Part shown: positions 31,298 through 35,056 of the stretch, one piece after another
How positions within the stretch are numbered: the first letter of the stretch is position 1
How the letters are laid out: each line of letters begins with the position of its first letter
Source: a virus
Lineage: Duplodnaviria > Caudoviricetes
Strand: one strand, 5' to 3'
DNA length: 35,056 bases
Virus record (IMG/VR): IMGVR_UViG_3300037478_000172
Location: 1-35,056 of that record
Notes under the pieces: generated by a model
What the model was told of the DNA's origin: nothing
Databases searched by the model: none
What the model saw: the letters and a program-made list of their open reading frames with translations, nothing else
Program-made: the position numbers and the translations under genes

Positions 31298-32641
31298 TCA
31301 CGTCGTCGGTGCCGGCGCCGGCGGCGTGCCGGCGGCCTGACGGTCGAGGAGCTGTTCGAGGTCGGCGAACGCGTCGCCCTGGTCGGCGGCCGCCTTCCAT
31401 CGCTCGACCTCGTGCTGAGGGACGCCCGGGATCCTCGACCAGAGCTCGCGGGGCGGGACGCCGAGCTCGGTCACGAGCCGGCCGAACGCCTCGGCGGCCT
31501 CGGTCAGCGACCGAACCCTCGTGTCGCGCCACAGGACGGACGCCATCGCGTCGGGGCTCTGACCGGACATTTCGCCGGCGAGGTTGAGGGCCTGTTCCCA
31601 CGACTCGCCGGCCATGATCCGGTTCTCGTCGACCGCGGCCTGATGGCTCGCACGAGCCGCTTCGAGGGCCTCGGCCGACAGGTTGATGAACTGTCCCATC
31701 AGCTCGTGCACGGGCGTTTGTGAGACCGTGGCGAGGTGCCGGATCGTCGCCTCCCGGGACTCGATATAGCCCCTGAGGTCGGTCTGAGTGAACTCGCCGA
31801 CTTTCACGTCGTCGGGGCTGTCCTCGAACATCATCAGCCGGTCGGCGCCCATCTTGAGGGCCGCCTCCTCGGTCTCGGCCAGCCAGCCGAGGATCCATCG
31901 CTGACGGAACGCCCCGTAGTGCTGCGCGACCTGTAGCCCGAACGACGTGATGTTGATCTGGTCCTGTAGGGGCATGAATGGCTCGACGATCCCGCGAACC
32001 GGGTCGTCGAGGTCGTCCGTGTCCCGGAACCGGACCACGGGGCACACGGGCTCGCCCTCGGACATCGCCCCGTGCGTCGCGGGCTCGCCGACGGCCACGA
32101 GCTCGGAGACGTCGCCGCCTCGGAGCTCGTAAACGGCCTCGGCGTCGATCAGCCGCCAGCGGTTGCCGCGCCGGCGTTCGAGGGCGGCCGCCGGCCAATC
32201 GTCGTCGGCGCCGTAGGCGACCGTGATCTGACGAGGCGAGGCGCCTCGGAGCACGGCCACAGGCTCGCCCGGGAGCACGGTCACGTAAGAGGCGCCGAAC
32301 GACAGGGCGGCCCGGTGGACGCCGATCTGTCGGGCGTCGAACCGGTTCCGCTGCCACGTCACCCATTGGTCGAGGTTGTCGGCCGAGGTCGGGGTCTGGA
32401 AACCGTCGACGTACATAGCCTGCACTCGGGCGCTCACGATGTACTTAAGGACGTTGACCCGGGACAGGCGCGAGAGCCGGACGACGTCCTCCGGAGCGCC
32501 GGCCGGGATCCCGCCGAGGCGGCGTTCTTTCGGGTCATCGCGTAGGTAACGCTGGATCAGGTCGAGACGCGATCGCTCCCGGTCGTGCACCTCGCGGAGC
32601 TCGGCGACCAGATCCATTACGTCATCACGGGACAGGGGCAC
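31298..32641 (-). CDS. Portal protein (SPP1 gp6-like)
   Basis: W..N.FDA.Q..VH..AL.FG.SYV.V, QD.IN......AQ.Y.AF.QR.I.G, NLSAEAL, W.D...RSL...A.A. Confidence 0.93.
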   Translation of the reverse strand: MPLSRDDVMDLVAELREVHDRERSRLDLIQRYLRDDPKERRLGGIPAGAPEDVVRLSRLSRVNVLKYIVSARVQAMYVDGFQTPTSADNLDQWVTWQRNRFDARQIGVHRAALSFGASYVTVLPGEPVAVLRGASPRQITVAYGADDDWPAAALERRRGNRWRLIDAEAVYELRGGDVSELVAVGEPATHGAMSEGEPVCPVVRFRDTDDLDDPVRGIVEPFMPLQDQINITSFGLQVAQHYGAFRQRWILGWLAETEEAALKMGADRLMMFEDSPDDVKVGEFTQTDLRGYIESREATIRHLATVSQTPVHELMGQFINLSAEALEAARASHQAAVDENRIMAGESWEQALNLAGEMSGQSPDAMASVLWRDTRVRSLTEAAEAFGRLVTELGVPPRELWSRIPGVPQHEVERWKAAADQGDAFADLEQLLDRQAAGTPPAPAPTT

Positions 32642-32645
32642 GAGC

Positions 32646-33197
32646 TCACCTCCTCGGAGCGACGCCGACGTCGAGCTCGTCGAGCCCGCCGCCAGGTAGC
32701 GATGCGATGCGGCGCGCCTTCACGAACACGCCGGGATACTCGGGGTCGGGACGTAGATCGAGGGCCTCGCATCCGACGGCCTCGACGATCCGGCCCATCT
32801 GCTCGACGGAGAACCGCCAGCGGTCGACGGGGTGAGGGTGGTACGGAAACCCTTCCGACCGGGTCGTGATGAGGATCAGGCCGCCGATGCGGGCGACCGC
32901 GACCATCTGAGCGACCGCCGCGCGCCAGTCGTCGACGTGTTCGAGCATTTCGGTAGAGACGACGAGGTCGAACGCCTCGACGTCGAACCTGTAGACCAGG
33001 TCGACGACGTCGACGAGCTGGTCGACGTAGCGGCCTCGGACCTTGTCGACGCCCACATAGCTAGCGGGCCCGAGCGACAGGAGCCGCGGCCGGACGGAGC
33101 CGTTCACGCTTCGGGAGCCGACTTCGAGGACGTCGGCGCCGGCGAGCTCGGCTCGATCGAGGGTGCCGGCGATCCACGCGGCGACGGACGAGTGCAC
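32646..33197 (-). CDS. Class I SAM-dependent methyltransferase (small-molecule/sugar O-methyltransferase type)
   Basis: VLEVGSR.VNGS.R, YVGVD...G..VD, FD.VVSTEMLEH, GG.I..TT, FPYHP.P.D.WRF. Confidence 0.88.
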   Translation of the reverse strand: MHSSVAAWIAGTLDRAELAGADVLEVGSRSVNGSVRPRLLSLGPASYVGVDKVRGRYVDQLVDVVDLVYRFDVEAFDLVVSTEMLEHVDDWRAAVAQMVAVARIGGLILITTRSEGFPYHPHPVDRWRFSVEQMGRIVEAVGCEALDLRPDPEYPGVFVKARRIASLPGGGLDELDVGVAPRR

Positions 33198-33209
33198 AGG
33201 TCGAGCTCC

Positions 33210-34706
33210 TCACACGCTCGCGGCGCGGCCGGTCTTTCGGCGGCGCTTCGGTTTCTTGTCGACGCCGTGAGCCGCGAGCGTGGCCGCGACCAGCGGGGCG
33301 ATGTTCACGGCCGAGTCCCGGCGATGCCACGCCCACGAGTCGGCGAGGTTCCGCTTCCGGGCCCCGTCGACGGCGGCGGCGAGCTCGGGCTGACCGATGT
33401 GTCGGATCGTCCGGTCGGCCGGGTCGTCGGCCATCACGCCCACGTAGAACGCCCCGCACGCCTGAGTCATCTCTCGGCCGCCCACGAGGACGGGCTCGAT
33501 CCCGGCCTTAGCGAGCTCGACGATCAGCGCGCCCGCCGGCGCCGCCGGATCGAGGAGGAACCCGTTCGGCTTCCACTTCCGATCGAGCTCGACGGCCCGC
33601 TTGACCACCCATCCCGTGCCGCCACAGGCGCCGCCGCCCGTGGCGTGCACCTTGCAACAGGCGACGAGCTCGACGTGCATCCGGCCGTCGGCTGTGTGGC
33701 CGGCGACCGCGATCGAGGCCGATTTCCGGTCGGGCGGGACGTCGATCCCGAACGCCACAGGATCGGTCGGTTTCGAGTCGGCGCGTTCGAGCCCGGCCCA
33801 CGTGGCGGCGTCGAGGACGGCTTGACCGCCCGAGCCATCCCACAGGCAGAGGCGCTCCCGGGCGAACTCGTCGGCGTCGAGCGCCACGCGTTCACGCTCG
33901 ATCGCCTCGGCGGTGATCCGGATCCCGAGCGCCGGGTTCGCGTATCCCCAGCCCTCCCGGTCGTCGAGGTCGACAGGTAGCTTCCGGCCGTCGTCGTCGT
34001 ACTTCGTCTCGGCCGACCATTCGAGCCAGGCGAGCTGAGGGTCGCCGCCGGCGTGGCCGCGGTCCCGGACCGACTCCCACTGATCCGACTGATTCCCGTC
34101 GACGGGCGGCGTGCCGAAGTAGTTCACCTGAGGGTTAGGCCGCGCCGACAGGGTCGGGAGGACGGCGCCCATCGCCTGACGCGAGAGCTGTTGCGCCTCG
34201 TCGAGGATCAGCCGGTCGCCGGTGAACCCTCGGAGCGACTGACGAGACCGGGCCACGAACCGGAGCCTCCGGCCGTCGAGCGTCTCGAAACCCTCCTCGC
34301 CGTGCGAGGTCCGGGGTTTCTTGCATCGCCGGCGGAGGTCGTCCGTGTTCTCGATCAACGCCATCAGCCGGAGGAAACCCTCCTGTGACGTCTTGAACTC
34401 GTGCGCCGAGTGGCACGTGAGCACCTCGCCGAACAGGAACAGGGCGGCGAGACTGATCGCCTCGATCACGCCGCCCTTACCGTTCTGTCGGGCCACGAGC
34501 TCGCCGGTCTCGAACGCCGCCCACTTGAGGTCGGCCCGCTCGGCGAGGATCACGTCGAGCGAGAACTCTTGCCACGGATCGAGGATCAGGCTCGCCCTCG
34601 CGGCGAGCTCGATCACCTCCGGCGCGGCGCTCGACGTGAACGGCGGCCTACTGAGAACCCGCGGCCTTTGCTCGCCTCGCGGCTCGTTTCTGAGCCAGGT
34701 CGTCAA
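33210..34706 (-). CDS. terL: Terminase large subunit
   Basis: LDPWQ, VARQNGKG (Walker A), HSAHEFKT, RGFTGD.LILDEAQ (Walker B), ANPALG.RI, FARERL, GIDV.PDR. Confidence 0.96.
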   Translation of the reverse strand: MTTWLRNEPRGEQRPRVLSRPPFTSSAAPEVIELAARASLILDPWQEFSLDVILAERADLKWAAFETGELVARQNGKGGVIEAISLAALFLFGEVLTCHSAHEFKTSQEGFLRLMALIENTDDLRRRCKKPRTSHGEEGFETLDGRRLRFVARSRQSLRGFTGDRLILDEAQQLSRQAMGAVLPTLSARPNPQVNYFGTPPVDGNQSDQWESVRDRGHAGGDPQLAWLEWSAETKYDDDGRKLPVDLDDREGWGYANPALGIRITAEAIERERVALDADEFARERLCLWDGSGGQAVLDAATWAGLERADSKPTDPVAFGIDVPPDRKSASIAVAGHTADGRMHVELVACCKVHATGGGACGGTGWVVKRAVELDRKWKPNGFLLDPAAPAGALIVELAKAGIEPVLVGGREMTQACGAFYVGVMADDPADRTIRHIGQPELAAAVDGARKRNLADSWAWHRRDSAVNIAPLVAATLAAHGVDKKPKRRRKTGRAASV

Positions 34707-35019
34707 CGGTGGAACCCTCCGGTCCGACGCCCATCGCGGGCGCCGAGTCGTGGATCACGCCCATCACCCGACGGAGCTCCGCGGCCATCGCGGCGTTCGG
34801 AGAGTCGTCGAGGGCGTCGGCCAGTGTGCGGGCGATAGCGGTCCGCCAGTCGTCCGGCGCGGCCTCTAGCGCGACGTCGACGTGTGGCCGCACGCCGACC
34901 ATCGGCGGGGCCCGCTCGGGTTCACGGTGAGTCGGGCACCCGGCCGGGCCCGAGCGGCGCCGACACGGGGCCCCTGAGGACGTCGGCCGGCCGCAGAACC
35001 CGGGATGAGGAGCGGTCAC
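34648..35019 (-). CDS. terS: Terminase small subunit (with N-terminal C-x9-C-x8-C-x2-H Zn motif)
   Basis: ARTLA.ALD, A..AELR..M, VDDL..KRA.R C-terminus overlapping terL start, as in actinophage TerS. Confidence 0.75.
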   Translation of the reverse strand: MTAPHPGFCGRPTSSGAPCRRRSGPAGCPTHREPERAPPMVGVRPHVDVALEAAPDDWRTAIARTLADALDDSPNAAMAAELRRVMGVIHDSAPAMGVGPEGSTVDDLAQKRAARRAKAAGSQ

Positions 35020-35056
35020 GGCGCCTCCGAAACGAGGTGGAGAGAGAGACGCCGCA

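Larger units (their letters stand above)
1..35056 (-). mobile_element. Temperate siphovirus genome, probably complete and non-integrated (intact attP); likely actinobacterial host
   Basis: Full syntenic set of packaging, head, tail, lysis, integration, immunity and replication genes. HNH lies at one end and terS at the other. No host genes. The att site is internal with phage genes on both sides. Confidence 0.93.

Noticed and set aside
32646-33197. DNA methyltransferase / anti-restriction enzyme
   Set aside because: No DPPY/NPPY or PC catalytic motif; the motif set is that of small-molecule class I methyltransferases.
13748-34930. Long plus-strand and off-frame ORFs in the late region (e.g. 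28307..29977, 21831..23024, 31209..32366)
   Set aside because: They overlap well-supported structural genes; shadow frames.

Overview
The window looks like an essentially complete genome of a temperate, very GC-rich siphovirus, probably infecting an actinobacterium, encoded mostly on the minus strand. Read from 35056 down to 1 it runs: terS, terL, SAM methyltransferase, portal, MuF/VG15-like head protein, scaffold, major capsid, GT-A glycosyltransferase-like gene, Lsr2-domain protein, head-tail connectors, major tail protein, tail chaperones with a -1 frameshift, tape measure, tail tip and two paralogous receptor-binding proteins, amidase endolysin, several micro-membrane genes and a holin. 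Next come a small plus-strand operon ending in a lipoprotein, an intact attP whose core is the 3' half of a tRNA-Cys(GCA), a tyrosine integrase, and a divergent repressor / Xis-Cro-like switch. The early operon that follows carries YqaJ/RecT, VRR-NUC, a cupin and a replication initiator with internal iterons, and ends in a Zn-finger protein and HNH. The most notable observations are: (1) a methyltransferase plus a minimal glycosyltransferase embedded in the head module, a candidate virion glycosylation system; (2) a promoter and probable leaderless ORF reading through attP, so integration would disconnect the plus-strand operon; (3) apparent genome-wide absence of CT[CG][CG]AG hexamers, achieved through rare codons; (4) duplicated tail-fibre N-termini with a 28-bp exact repeat; (5) twin GCGAU-loop hairpins over the scaffold start codon. 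All calls come from manual reading of the sequence. No database searches were run, and many start codons were re-chosen from stop/start overlaps.
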